Shown piece after piece: positions 7,245-15,379 of a stretch of DNA of 15,654 bases. Source of the stretch: an archaeon (GTDB taxonomy: Archaea; Asgardarchaeota; Thorarchaeia; Thorarchaeales; Thorarchaeaceae). Numbering within the stretch: the first letter of the stretch is position 1; each line of letters begins with the position of its first letter. Below the pieces are notes generated by a model. It searched no databases, was not told the DNA's origin, and worked only from the letters and a program-made list of their open reading frames with translations. Location of the stretch: assembly GCA_024275415.1 (NCBI GenBank), contig JAJRZD010000009.1, positions 1 to 15,654 on the forward strand. The letters are read 5' to 3'. Both the position numbers and the translations under genes were made by a program.

Positions 7245-8702
7245 ATGCCTGCGCCAGAGTTTCTCATCAAAGCTGAGCGAAAGAAGCTCCGAGAGCTGAG
7301 AGCGATAGCGTCATCCCTCGATTCACCGAACCTCGGCGAAATGTACACTGCTGCTGGAAAGCTAATGACATTGCAATGTGGAAAGTCATTACTGCCAAAA
7401 GCAATGAGCCTATTGGACAAGGGTGATGAAACCCTGAGAAGGTTGGTCTACAGGTCGGCTGGACGGAATGTATATGGCAAGTACATCCCGGAGCTGTTCG
7501 AATGGATGAAACGGATCAATCCAGCCGAACGCGAGCAGGTTCTACAGGTAGTCGAGGAATCATTCAGGACTATCGGGAGTCCGTTTTCACGGCAGGAAGT
7601 CGATGCATGGATCAATGTGCTGTCAAACATAGGTCATGAACACCAAGCAACGGTGTTCGGAATAATGGCGTTGTTGGGCGATGCAGGTTTCAAATGGGCA
7701 AAGAAACGGATAAAGAATAACATCGAAACGATATCGATTGGAACCATCGCCAAGCTGGGCGAGTTCCCACCAAACGTCAGGACGAAGTTGGTCAGAGTTG
7801 CGATAGGAGAGGCAACAAAGAGGAAGCCAGACCTGCTACCATACCTCTGTGAGATCACTGACAAAAGCAGTCTGAAATACCTGCGGTCTTTTCTCGAGAG
7901 TGGTAACTGGCAAGACCGTATTCATGTTGCAAGAGCGATAGGCCGGGTCGGAATCACATCATCCAAAGGGATTGTGATGGATATCGTGGCAGACCCAGAC
8001 TGGAGGGTCAAACAGGAACTGATCGAGTCTATCGATATCAGCAGGTCTAATCTCTCCAACGTCATGAAGATCCTCAGCTACATGGTAGCAGATTCACATT
8101 CACGCGTGAGAGGTCAGGCAGACCGTACGATTCTGCTCCTGGGGTGTGAGCCTTGCAAGGACATGGATCTTGAAACTCAAAGAGTGAAGTTGGAGAAACA
8201 GTTCCGAACGCAACTTCTCCGAGCTGCACCCAAGAACAGGGACATCGACTCAAGATGGCTCGGCATCGAGATTGACGACCATCCGATCCCAATCCTAAAT
8301 GAGAGCAGTGACGAGCCTGCTGGTATCAGCCTGATAGATATCTCTTCGAAAACTACTGAGGAAAAGGCGGTAGAATCGCCAAAATCCGATCTTCTGGCAG
8401 CGTTACTGAAAGCAAAGGAGAAAGCTGTCCTCAAAGAGCCTATCATCCCTGATGTGGTTGAAGAAGTGATAGTAGATGACATAGAGATGTCCCTACCCGC
8501 GACTGAGAAATTCATGCAGGTTCTCAAGAAACTATCCGGCAAGAGTGGGAGGGGTGTCAGTCTGGATCGCATCAAGAGGGAAGCTAGTTCGTTAGAGATG
8601 TCAGAGGAAGAAGTGGACGAGGCGCTTGGGCAACTAGAGAAGGATGGCATCGTCTATAGGTCGAGCAGAGGAACAATTAAACGGGTCGATATCGAGCTAT
8701 AG
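7245..8702 (+). CDS. HEAT-repeat protein with acidic linker and C-terminal winged-helix domain
   Basis: HEAT-like units LESGNWQDRIHVARAIG, VADPDWRVKQELIESI and VADSHSRVRGQADRTI. C-terminal ATEKFMQVLKKL...VSLDRIKREA...EEVDEALGQLEKDGIVYRSSRGTIKRV has a wH pattern. ATG directly abuts the upstream TAG. Confidence 0.85.
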   Translation: MPAPEFLIKAERKKLRELRAIASSLDSPNLGEMYTAAGKLMTLQCGKSLLPKAMSLLDKGDETLRRLVYRSAGRNVYGKYIPELFEWMKRINPAEREQVLQVVEESFRTIGSPFSRQEVDAWINVLSNIGHEHQATVFGIMALLGDAGFKWAKKRIKNNIETISIGTIAKLGEFPPNVRTKLVRVAIGEATKRKPDLLPYLCEITDKSSLKYLRSFLESGNWQDRIHVARAIGRVGITSSKGIVMDIVADPDWRVKQELIESIDISRSNLSNVMKILSYMVADSHSRVRGQADRTILLLGCEPCKDMDLETQRVKLEKQFRTQLLRAAPKNRDIDSRWLGIEIDDHPIPILNESSDEPAGISLIDISSKTTEEKAVESPKSDLLAALLKAKEKAVLKEPIIPDVVEEVIVDDIEMSLPATEKFMQVLKKLSGKSGRGVSLDRIKREASSLEMSEEEVDEALGQLEKDGIVYRSSRGTIKRVDIEL

Positions 8703-8713
8703 TATCCACAACA

Positions 8714-8852
8714 GGGCTCTGGAATAATTCGAATGATGTAGAAGAAAGTTGTAGGATTAACTGTGGTCTTGTTACTTCTCAGACGACCCAAATCAAAACG
8801 GCGGGCCATCCTCATCGAATAATTGTGGATTGGTGGACTTTTTCCAGAGCCC
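8714..8852. mobile_element. MITE-like 139-bp element with 14-bp terminal inverted repeats and a possible 3-bp TSD (ACA)
   Basis: GGGCTCTGGAATAA (8714-8727) versus TTTTTCCAGAGCCC (8839-8852): 13/14 complementary, outer 11 bp perfect. ACA at 8711-8713 and 8853-8855. No coding capacity evident. Confidence 0.5.
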
Positions 8853-8911
8853 ACAATAGAGAAAATCTAAATGGCTTGAGGGCATTAGGTTCAAAATACG
8901 GCGTGAGGACA

Positions 8912-10240
8912 ATGGTAGAGTCTATTGTGATTGAGAACACATTCATCGTGACGGCAGATGAGAATGATACGATAATCCCGAAAGGATACATATTAATCGA
9001 AGGTAACAGGATTGCTGCCATCGGAGCGGGAGAGTTCCACGGAGAAGCTGAGGAGCGAATCGACGCTCGATACAAAGTGGTAATCCCAGGACTCATTACT
9101 GCTCACACACATCTCTACGGCATCTTGCTTCGTGGAGCAACGCTGAATATCGAACCTCCCACGGACTTTGCACAGATACTCCAACGGGTCTGGTGGCCAG
9201 TGGACGAGGCATTGACTCTTGATGATGCGTATGCCAGCGCGCTCTCTGCTTCCGCAGACATGCTCAGGAACGGATCCACCTTCTTCGCAGATACGTACTC
9301 GGGGCCGAATTCCATAGAAGGAAGCCTACATGGTATTGCAGAAGCCACACGATCCGTTGGAATAAGGGGTCTGTTGGCGTTCGAGATGACTGAACGGAAT
9401 GCGCCTGATGAGGCTGAACGAGGATTACATGAGAACATCAAGTTCATTGAGGAGTCGCGTCAGCAGGACTCGCTCACAACCGGGATGATCAGTGTTCATG
9501 CATCATTTACCGTTGAGGATGCCATTGTCGAAAAGGCTGTTGAGGCTTCTAAGAAATATGATGTTCCTATCACAGTGCATACATCCGAGGGTCTCGTAGA
9601 CCTCTATCACAACCTCGAAAGATATGGTGAGCGCACAGTGGAACGGCTCGACCGTGTCGGACTTCTAGGCCCAAGAACTGTCCTTGCTCACTGTGTCCAT
9701 GTCAACAAGGACGAACTGGCACTCATCGCAAAGACCAACACAAGGGTCGCCCACAACCCGATGAGCAACGCCTTGAACGCAGTTGGTACTTCTCCAGTTC
9801 CCGATATGCTAGAGATGGACATCACTGTGGGTCTCGGGAATGATGGATGGATCTTTGACCCCTTCGAGAACATGCGGTACGCCCTCACAGTCCATCGACT
9901 GGCAAGGAATGATCCAAGAGCAATGGGGCCAAGTGAGGTCTTTCGAATGGCGACCCTTGAAGGTGCTAGGTGTTATGGCTTGGAGAAGCAAATCGGTAGC
10001 CTAGAACAAGGTAAGCTGGCTGACATCGTGCTATTGGATGCGACTAACATACCCACACCAGTCACAGAGAGGTCGGTCGTTGGACATCTTGTCAACTCAT
10101 TCGGAGGGCGTGACGTGATAACGGTCTTTGTAAATGGACGAAAGGTAGTTGATGACAGGGCCCTGACACTCATAAGTGACAAGAAGGTCTCAGAGGCTTC
10201 TCAAAGAAGTGCAGCATCCTTATGGAATAGGCTCGATTGA
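8912..10240 (+). CDS. Metal-dependent amidohydrolase, SsnA/MtaD-type (nucleobase/nucleoside deaminase-like)
   Basis: Likely ATG at 8912 after GTGAGGA (ORF track starts at 8825). Motifs PGLITAHTHLY (HxH), LQRVWWPVDEAL, HASFT, VHTSEG, LAHCVH, GLGNDG and GSLEQGKLADIV. Confidence 0.9.
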   Translation: MVESIVIENTFIVTADENDTIIPKGYILIEGNRIAAIGAGEFHGEAEERIDARYKVVIPGLITAHTHLYGILLRGATLNIEPPTDFAQILQRVWWPVDEALTLDDAYASALSASADMLRNGSTFFADTYSGPNSIEGSLHGIAEATRSVGIRGLLAFEMTERNAPDEAERGLHENIKFIEESRQQDSLTTGMISVHASFTVEDAIVEKAVEASKKYDVPITVHTSEGLVDLYHNLERYGERTVERLDRVGLLGPRTVLAHCVHVNKDELALIAKTNTRVAHNPMSNALNAVGTSPVPDMLEMDITVGLGNDGWIFDPFENMRYALTVHRLARNDPRAMGPSEVFRMATLEGARCYGLEKQIGSLEQGKLADIVLLDATNIPTPVTERSVVGHLVNSFGGRDVITVFVNGRKVVDDRALTLISDKKVSEASQRSAASLWNRLD

Positions 10241-10324
10241 AAAAGGGCAGTTCCTCTAAATTAATTCGGTCGTGTTTCCTGTAGAGGTAATGTTTTCTAC
10301 TCTGCCTAGGTTTCTAAGACCGCC

Positions 10325-11275
10325 ATGTATCAAGAAGAATTGCATTATCAGGGCCCAATCTTTGATGCACACACACATGTTATCGATCTGGAGGCATTGA
10401 AAGGACTAGTGTCTGTGGCGCTTCAATACGGGATCGAGCAGGCACTCGTAATTGTGCATGGCGATTCTATATCTGAATATGAAAGGTTATTTCCAGAGCG
10501 TTTCATTTACGCACGATACTTCTCCGGATGGACGCTTTTCACCGAAGGACCCCAGCAGGCTATCGAAGAAGTACGGTCTCTCAGAAAGCGGGGATATGGC
10601 ATGGCAAAGATGCATTTTGCCCCATTCTGGTCAGATCGTCTTTCAGCAATCGAGCACGTCCCACCAATAGATAGCCCTCAGTATGACCCTCTCTTCGATG
10701 CGTTGGCAGAGGAGGATATCCCAATTCTAGTGCATATCGGAGACCCCGATACTTACTTTGCAACGCGCTATACCGATGCCCGAGTGTATGGTACGAAAGA
10801 GGAACACATCCAAGAATTCGAGAACAGGCTATTCCGAACACCCAAAGCTAGAGTGCAAGCCGCTCACTTTGCAGCACAGCCCGGACCACACCGTCTTGAG
10901 AATCTAGGGCGCATGTTCGAGAAATACTCCAACCTGAACGTTGACCTGAGTTCGGCACGGTGGATGTGTAGGGAGCTTGGACGTAATCCTAAACAGTCGC
11001 GGGAGTTCATCATCAAGTATGCAGACAGGATCCTTTTTGCCACTGATTGTGTAGCGAGTAACAACAGGGCTGAGGATCCTGTGTACTATGAAGGAAGACA
11101 TGCTTCGTTACGACTGATGCTAGAATCAGATGTGAAGAAGATTCCCTTGCCATTCCTAGACGCGGACACGGTAAACGCAGGGGGGACTTTCATCTACGGA
11201 CTAGACCTTCCTGATAGTGTATTGGAAAAATTGTACTGGAAGAATGCAATGCGTTTTCATAGACAGGCTCAATAG
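10325..11275 (+). CDS. Amidohydrolase-family TIM-barrel metal-dependent hydrolase (Amidohydro_2-like)
   Basis: IFDAHTHV (DxHxH), AKMH, ILVHIGDP, AAHF, NVDLSS, RILFATD and LEKLYWKNAMR. Confidence 0.85.
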   Translation: MYQEELHYQGPIFDAHTHVIDLEALKGLVSVALQYGIEQALVIVHGDSISEYERLFPERFIYARYFSGWTLFTEGPQQAIEEVRSLRKRGYGMAKMHFAPFWSDRLSAIEHVPPIDSPQYDPLFDALAEEDIPILVHIGDPDTYFATRYTDARVYGTKEEHIQEFENRLFRTPKARVQAAHFAAQPGPHRLENLGRMFEKYSNLNVDLSSARWMCRELGRNPKQSREFIIKYADRILFATDCVASNNRAEDPVYYEGRHASLRLMLESDVKKIPLPFLDADTVNAGGTFIYGLDLPDSVLEKLYWKNAMRFHRQAQ

Positions 11276-11676
11276 CGAAGCCTTTCGATCTGCTTTCTTC
11301 TCTCCACAGCCGCCATAAGTCGAGTCCTGTCGAAATACACCTCATTTCGTGTTATTTTCTTGTCACGGATCTCAACAATATCAAGACCAGTTTCCTCGAT
11401 GGTTTCCTCTCCGACATGAATCTCACAATGCCATTTCACGATAGCACCTTTCTGTGTGGGGAATATCTCGATGACTTTCCATTTCCAGTCATGATAGACT
11501 CGCAGGAGCCTTTCGAAATATGGGAGAATCTGGTCATGCCCTTGGAGACCTTTCTTGTTTGCAGGATCGATGTACAGTGCGTCCTTCGTATAAAATGAAA
11601 GAAGCTCTAATGGCCGGTTCCCTGTCCAGCAGTCCAACCAATTCTTGCAGAATGTGTATAACTCATCCTTGTCCAT
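11269..11676 (-). CDS. NTF2-like / SnoaL-like domain protein
   Basis: WLDCWTGNRPLELLSFYTKDALYIDP...GHDQILPYFERL...GLDIVEIRDKKITRNEVYFD is the typical SnoaL-like pattern. Overlaps the convergent amidohydrolase by 7 bp. Confidence 0.85.
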   Translation of the reverse strand: MDKDELYTFCKNWLDCWTGNRPLELLSFYTKDALYIDPANKKGLQGHDQILPYFERLLRVYHDWKWKVIEIFPTQKGAIVKWHCEIHVGEETIEETGLDIVEIRDKKITRNEVYFDRTRLMAAVERRKQIERLRY

Positions 11677-11716
11677 ATTCCCTTATTGATGAAACAGGCA
11701 TAAATGGCTTCGCAAT

Positions 11717-12001
11717 TCACCGCTTGTCCCGCGGAGTGCCAATAAGTTCGTGAAAGGATGCCGGCTCTTTACCTTCGGTAATCGGTCGAATCCGATAGTC
11801 CCGATAGGTATCGCTCAGTTTTGCCACGACTCGTGTCCCCATGAGCTTCTTGAAAAGACTCGCTTTCTTGCCCCTCCAGAGATAAACCACACGGTTTTCA
11901 TGATCTATATACACTAAGACCTTGTTTGTGTCTAGACCTATCACCTTCCCCTTAAATTCAGTCATTCTTGCATCGGACTCGATCTCAAAAGTGTCGACCA
12001 T
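11717..12001 (-). CDS. Single-domain gelsolin/cofilin-superfamily protein (ProGel-like eukaryotic signature protein)
   Basis: LDTNKVLVYIDHENRVVYLWRGKKASLFKKLMGTRVVAKL...ITEGKEPASFHELI fits the gelsolin-repeat consensus (L-x-S/T-x-x-V..D....YxWxGxxAS....A..L...EGxEPxxF). ATG at 12001 lies 6 nt after GAGGG; alternative ATG at 12007. Confidence 0.85.
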   Translation of the reverse strand: MVDTFEIESDARMTEFKGKVIGLDTNKVLVYIDHENRVVYLWRGKKASLFKKLMGTRVVAKLSDTYRDYRIRPITEGKEPASFHELIGTPRDKR

Positions 12002-12030
12002 ATTCATCCCTCAGATAGGCGTGACCATTC

Positions 12031-12056
12031 CTTCACATTATCACATATATGTGAAG
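12031..12056. promoter_or_regulatory. Palindromic operator-like site overlapping the likely TATA of the gelsolin gene
   Basis: Perfect 14-bp palindrome TCACATATATGTGA (12041-12054), plus an extra CTTCACAT (12031-12038) that can pair with ATGTGAAG (12049-12056). Confidence 0.55.
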
Positions 12057-12102
12057 TCTCAACAAATTCAGTTCATCACACAATTTCTAATATAGAAGTG
12101 AA

Positions 12103-12840
12103 ATGCACCGAAATTGGTGCTATATCGTGTCACCTGAATCCACCATTAGACTAATTGACAGGGATCTAAGATTGATTGAGATTCAGTCGAAGGGAGTCGT
12201 CCAGCGTTATCCTTTGAAACCGATACCTGATGACCTCTTTCAAACTCTTGCTGATTTTGCGAATGTTGGCAGTGACCAGACAGTCGATATTGATGAGATC
12301 CACGCCGCACCGATTACAAAAGCAACCATCTGCACCTTCAATTTCAGACAGCCGTTCTATATCAATGCAGCAACGAAGATAATTCGACTTACACCCACAG
12401 ACGAGATGATTCGTTCAAAAATCGAATATCTTGAAGGAAAACTGTTATCGTTTCAAGGAAGACGGTTTGAGGAAACCATTGATGATAGATTGATGACATA
12501 TCGTGAACTGTTCCTTGACGACTCTGGGATTGATAGGTTTAGGCTCGGTGTGATCGAGATGTTTGGCGAAGGGACTTTTGAGAACATCCAACGTGACCCC
12601 CGAGTTACTCTGTTGATACACTGGGTGGACGCTAAAAAGGGCGTGACTAGAAGCTATCAGATAAATGCCATCGCCGAAATCGCAAAACGAGGCGAGGAAT
12701 TCTTTAGGTATATGCAGGTGATGCGCCCTCTTTTCTCTTCGAGATTCATCCAATCCGCAAAAGTTTCCTATATTGTAGCATACAAACTATGGGTTTCAGA
12801 TATCATAGACAAGAGCCTTGCTCCGCGTTTAGGATTCTAA
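12103..12840 (+). CDS. Hypothetical protein with a C-terminal FMN-binding split-barrel (pyridoxamine 5'-phosphate oxidase-like) domain
   Basis: IEMFGEGTFENIQRDPRVTLLIHW...SYQINAIAEI resembles PNPOx-like split barrels. Exact start uncertain (possibly GTG 12127). Confidence 0.6.
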   Translation: MHRNWCYIVSPESTIRLIDRDLRLIEIQSKGVVQRYPLKPIPDDLFQTLADFANVGSDQTVDIDEIHAAPITKATICTFNFRQPFYINAATKIIRLTPTDEMIRSKIEYLEGKLLSFQGRRFEETIDDRLMTYRELFLDDSGIDRFRLGVIEMFGEGTFENIQRDPRVTLLIHWVDAKKGVTRSYQINAIAEIAKRGEEFFRYMQVMRPLFSSRFIQSAKVSYIVAYKLWVSDIIDKSLAPRLGF

Positions 12841-12844
12841 AGGT

Positions 12845-15379
12845 CTAGTAATTGGTCACACGAAGTAGTTTCTCAGGCAACTCGTCTACAGATGCGATGT
12901 CCAACACAATACCATGGTTAAGCTTGGCGAGTCGTTCCGCAGCATGGCGGTCATATTCATGCTTCGGCACGAGAATGATCATTTGGATGTCGTGGTGTTT
13001 TAGGTCGACCGCAAGGTCTTCACAAGCTGATTGATCAAATAAATATGCGTCAGTGCTGAATACGAATATCTTTTCCTTCGCCTTGGTTTCTCGGAAGTTC
13101 TCAAGTGCCAGTTTCATAACAGTCCGGCCTCCTGTTCCTCCTGATGCATGGACTTCAAGCAGATCCGCAGCGACTTTATCAACCGACACGGACTTGTCAG
13201 CGAGTTCCTTCACGATGTGGGTTTTGCTATCGAACAGAGCAACCCCGAAATCGTCCTTCTGGATACCGTATAGACCCGCCATCACAGAAATCGCAAGCAT
13301 CCCCAGTTTCTCGGGTGTGTCCATAGAACTCGACTTGTCAAGTGCCCAGAAGAATGCGCGATGTCCTTGGTACGTTTCGGCAATCAAGAAATCCTCAGCA
13401 TCTAAAGTATCGAAATCACTCCTACCGGCTGAAAGGATGGAGTCAATCGTCTCCTCCAAATCGATAAGGTCGATGTCATCACCAATCCTGAATGGTCGCA
13501 CGGTGGTGGACTGCTGGATGCCACCGAGCATCGATGAGCCCATCGTCGCTTTAGCATATCGCTGTCCAAGGTCTATGAGGAGTCGCTTCGCAATTGACTT
13601 CAGTCGTTTTCTGAGCTCGTCGGGCAGTGAATCTCGATATGTGTACCAGATTTTCACGATATTAGTGGCCGAACCTCCAAGTAATCCACCCATGACCTTT
13701 TCCGTGCGAGATGGATCGAACCCACCAAACCCGGATCCCCTACCTCTACTGTGACGTCCATAACCGGATGTTGGCAATGGACCTCCGAGTGCGGCAGCAA
13801 GATTCTCGTGGGCAATAGCACCTAGGGCTGACTGGTTGTCCTGAGCGTCCGCGACATCTGCCAACTCCTTCAGTTGGTTGAAAGAAAGAGCTGCACTTGA
13901 AACCAAGCTGTGTAATCTATCGAAGTCATCGACGCCTATCTCAATCAGCTTCTTGATGACCTGGAACGAGGGGTTGATCAGTTCTTCAATCTCATCATCA
14001 GTCATGCCAAGGCGTTTTCCAGCCTTCTCAAGTACCTCTCTCGATAGGACGATACCATGCGAAGTAAGGTCACGCACGGTCTGCCGAATATGAAGTTTAG
14101 TGGGTGACTTGCGAATCGCATTATCAGCGAACCTCTGCATCATTTGTTCCCAAGCCTTTGCCTGCGTCGTTGTCCGAAGATTCCCGCTAAGTTTGTCGGC
14201 TTGCCTGACCTGCATCCGGAGAAAATCGGAAGACGAGGATCTTGACAGTGCGTCAGTAACTGTGTCTTCAGCAAGTTTCTGTACTAGTCTTTCCCAACTG
14301 TCCGAATCTTGAGCTGACTCAGCCAGTTGTGCCATGTCAACATTCTTACGGGCACCTTCCTCGTAATGCTTGTCATATGCGTTGAGGATATTGGATGAGA
14401 AATTCTTTCCAGTGGATTTCTCAATCGATTTGCCGAACTCGATTGATTGACTGAGATAGTATTGCTTGGCAGCTGAGTCTATGAGGTCTTCGACCGTACG
14501 CGGGACTCTTTTCAGATGCCGTGCAAAGTCAGCTGCATCACTCAAGTTTTGGAGGTGCTCCTCAAGTTTTGACTGGAGTTTCTCTAACTCGGATTTGTCA
14601 ACAGATTTCATTTGTTCTATTAACGACAACGCTTTTGCAGCAGAGGTCGGGTCTCTGTCAGAAAGGTCTTCAAATCGCTTGAATAGGTCTGATGTCTTCG
14701 TGAGAATAGACGCCGCTGCAACCTGCTCCGATGTGGATCCTAACCTCTCAACTTCGGGTAATACTCCGAGGGTCGACGCGTTTAGAATATCACGCGCTGC
14801 CAGATTGCCGAGTTTCTCAAGCAGTTCCTTGGATGTTTCTGTCCGAAGCTGTTCATCTGACGAAATCCCCCGTAGGACTATATCGCCCTCCTTCAAATAA
14901 TCAGTGGCTACGTCAAGTAGCGACCTGTCCGTTCTTTTGCGGAGCATCTGGAGGTACTCGAATCCGGCCTCGACCTTATCTTTTCTAATGGTCTTTGCAA
15001 GTTCCTGCTCTTTTCTGATCTGTTCCATGACCTTCTGAAGCTGGTCTTTTTCAACCGTCTTTACAGTTGACACGGAATCTACATCTTTACTCTCAGCCTT
15101 CACCTCTTTGGTAGTTCCGAGAATGATTTCTTCAGCAAGAAGCCGTGCAATGTCCTGGTCGGCAGGATATGTTGTGAACACCGCAGCATCAATGAAGTCA
15201 TCAAGCGTTAGGAATCCTTTTCGAAAGAACCTTGATGAGAGGATCTCAGCAATCGATTGAGTTTGCCGCACACTTGGATATACCCGTACATCGTCACATT
15301 TTCGCATCTTTGACACAAACTCATATGCGAAATCTGGCACACTACTTGGAACAGGCTGATATCTAGGCGAGAGAGTCAT
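12845..15379 (-). CDS. Large VWA-domain protein (CoxE/ViaA-like partner of a MoxR AAA+ ATPase)
   Basis: C-terminal VWA with MIDAS: FFWALDKSSSM (DxSxS), ASGGTGG and VFSTDA. Pre-VWA motif VRPFRIGDDIDLIDLEETI. Long helical middle region. Confidence 0.9.
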   Translation of the reverse strand: MTLSPRYQPVPSSVPDFAYEFVSKMRKCDDVRVYPSVRQTQSIAEILSSRFFRKGFLTLDDFIDAAVFTTYPADQDIARLLAEEIILGTTKEVKAESKDVDSVSTVKTVEKDQLQKVMEQIRKEQELAKTIRKDKVEAGFEYLQMLRKRTDRSLLDVATDYLKEGDIVLRGISSDEQLRTETSKELLEKLGNLAARDILNASTLGVLPEVERLGSTSEQVAAASILTKTSDLFKRFEDLSDRDPTSAAKALSLIEQMKSVDKSELEKLQSKLEEHLQNLSDAADFARHLKRVPRTVEDLIDSAAKQYYLSQSIEFGKSIEKSTGKNFSSNILNAYDKHYEEGARKNVDMAQLAESAQDSDSWERLVQKLAEDTVTDALSRSSSSDFLRMQVRQADKLSGNLRTTTQAKAWEQMMQRFADNAIRKSPTKLHIRQTVRDLTSHGIVLSREVLEKAGKRLGMTDDEIEELINPSFQVIKKLIEIGVDDFDRLHSLVSSAALSFNQLKELADVADAQDNQSALGAIAHENLAAALGGPLPTSGYGRHSRGRGSGFGGFDPSRTEKVMGGLLGGSATNIVKIWYTYRDSLPDELRKRLKSIAKRLLIDLGQRYAKATMGSSMLGGIQQSTTVRPFRIGDDIDLIDLEETIDSILSAGRSDFDTLDAEDFLIAETYQGHRAFFWALDKSSSMDTPEKLGMLAISVMAGLYGIQKDDFGVALFDSKTHIVKELADKSVSVDKVAADLLEVHASGGTGGRTVMKLALENFRETKAKEKIFVFSTDAYLFDQSACEDLAVDLKHHDIQMIILVPKHEYDRHAAERLAKLNHGIVLDIASVDELPEKLLRVTNY

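Noticed and set aside
8714-8856. tRNA or box C/D sRNA reading of the inverted-repeat element (GGGCTCT...AGAGCCCA looks like an acceptor stem)
   Set aside because: No D-arm or properly paired T-arm on either strand, and no CTGA box D near the 3' end to go with the imperfect ATGATGT.
8825-8911. N-terminal extension of the amidohydrolase from the ORF track
   Set aside because: It overlaps the inverted-repeat element. ATG 8912 has an RBS and begins the family's typical N-terminal strand.
10246-10306. Mutually exclusive short stems between the two amidohydrolases (CCTCTA/TAGAGG, GTAGA/TCTAC, GGCAG/CTGCC)
   Set aside because: Stems are only 5-6 bp, expected by chance; no ligand-binding motif recognised.
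13053-14900. Long + strand ORFs opposite the VWA gene (13053..13754, 14466..14900 and others), and similar Ser-rich antisense ORFs opposite the HEAT and amidohydrolase genes
   Set aside because: Ser/Arg-rich, motif-free antisense shadows of well-supported genes.
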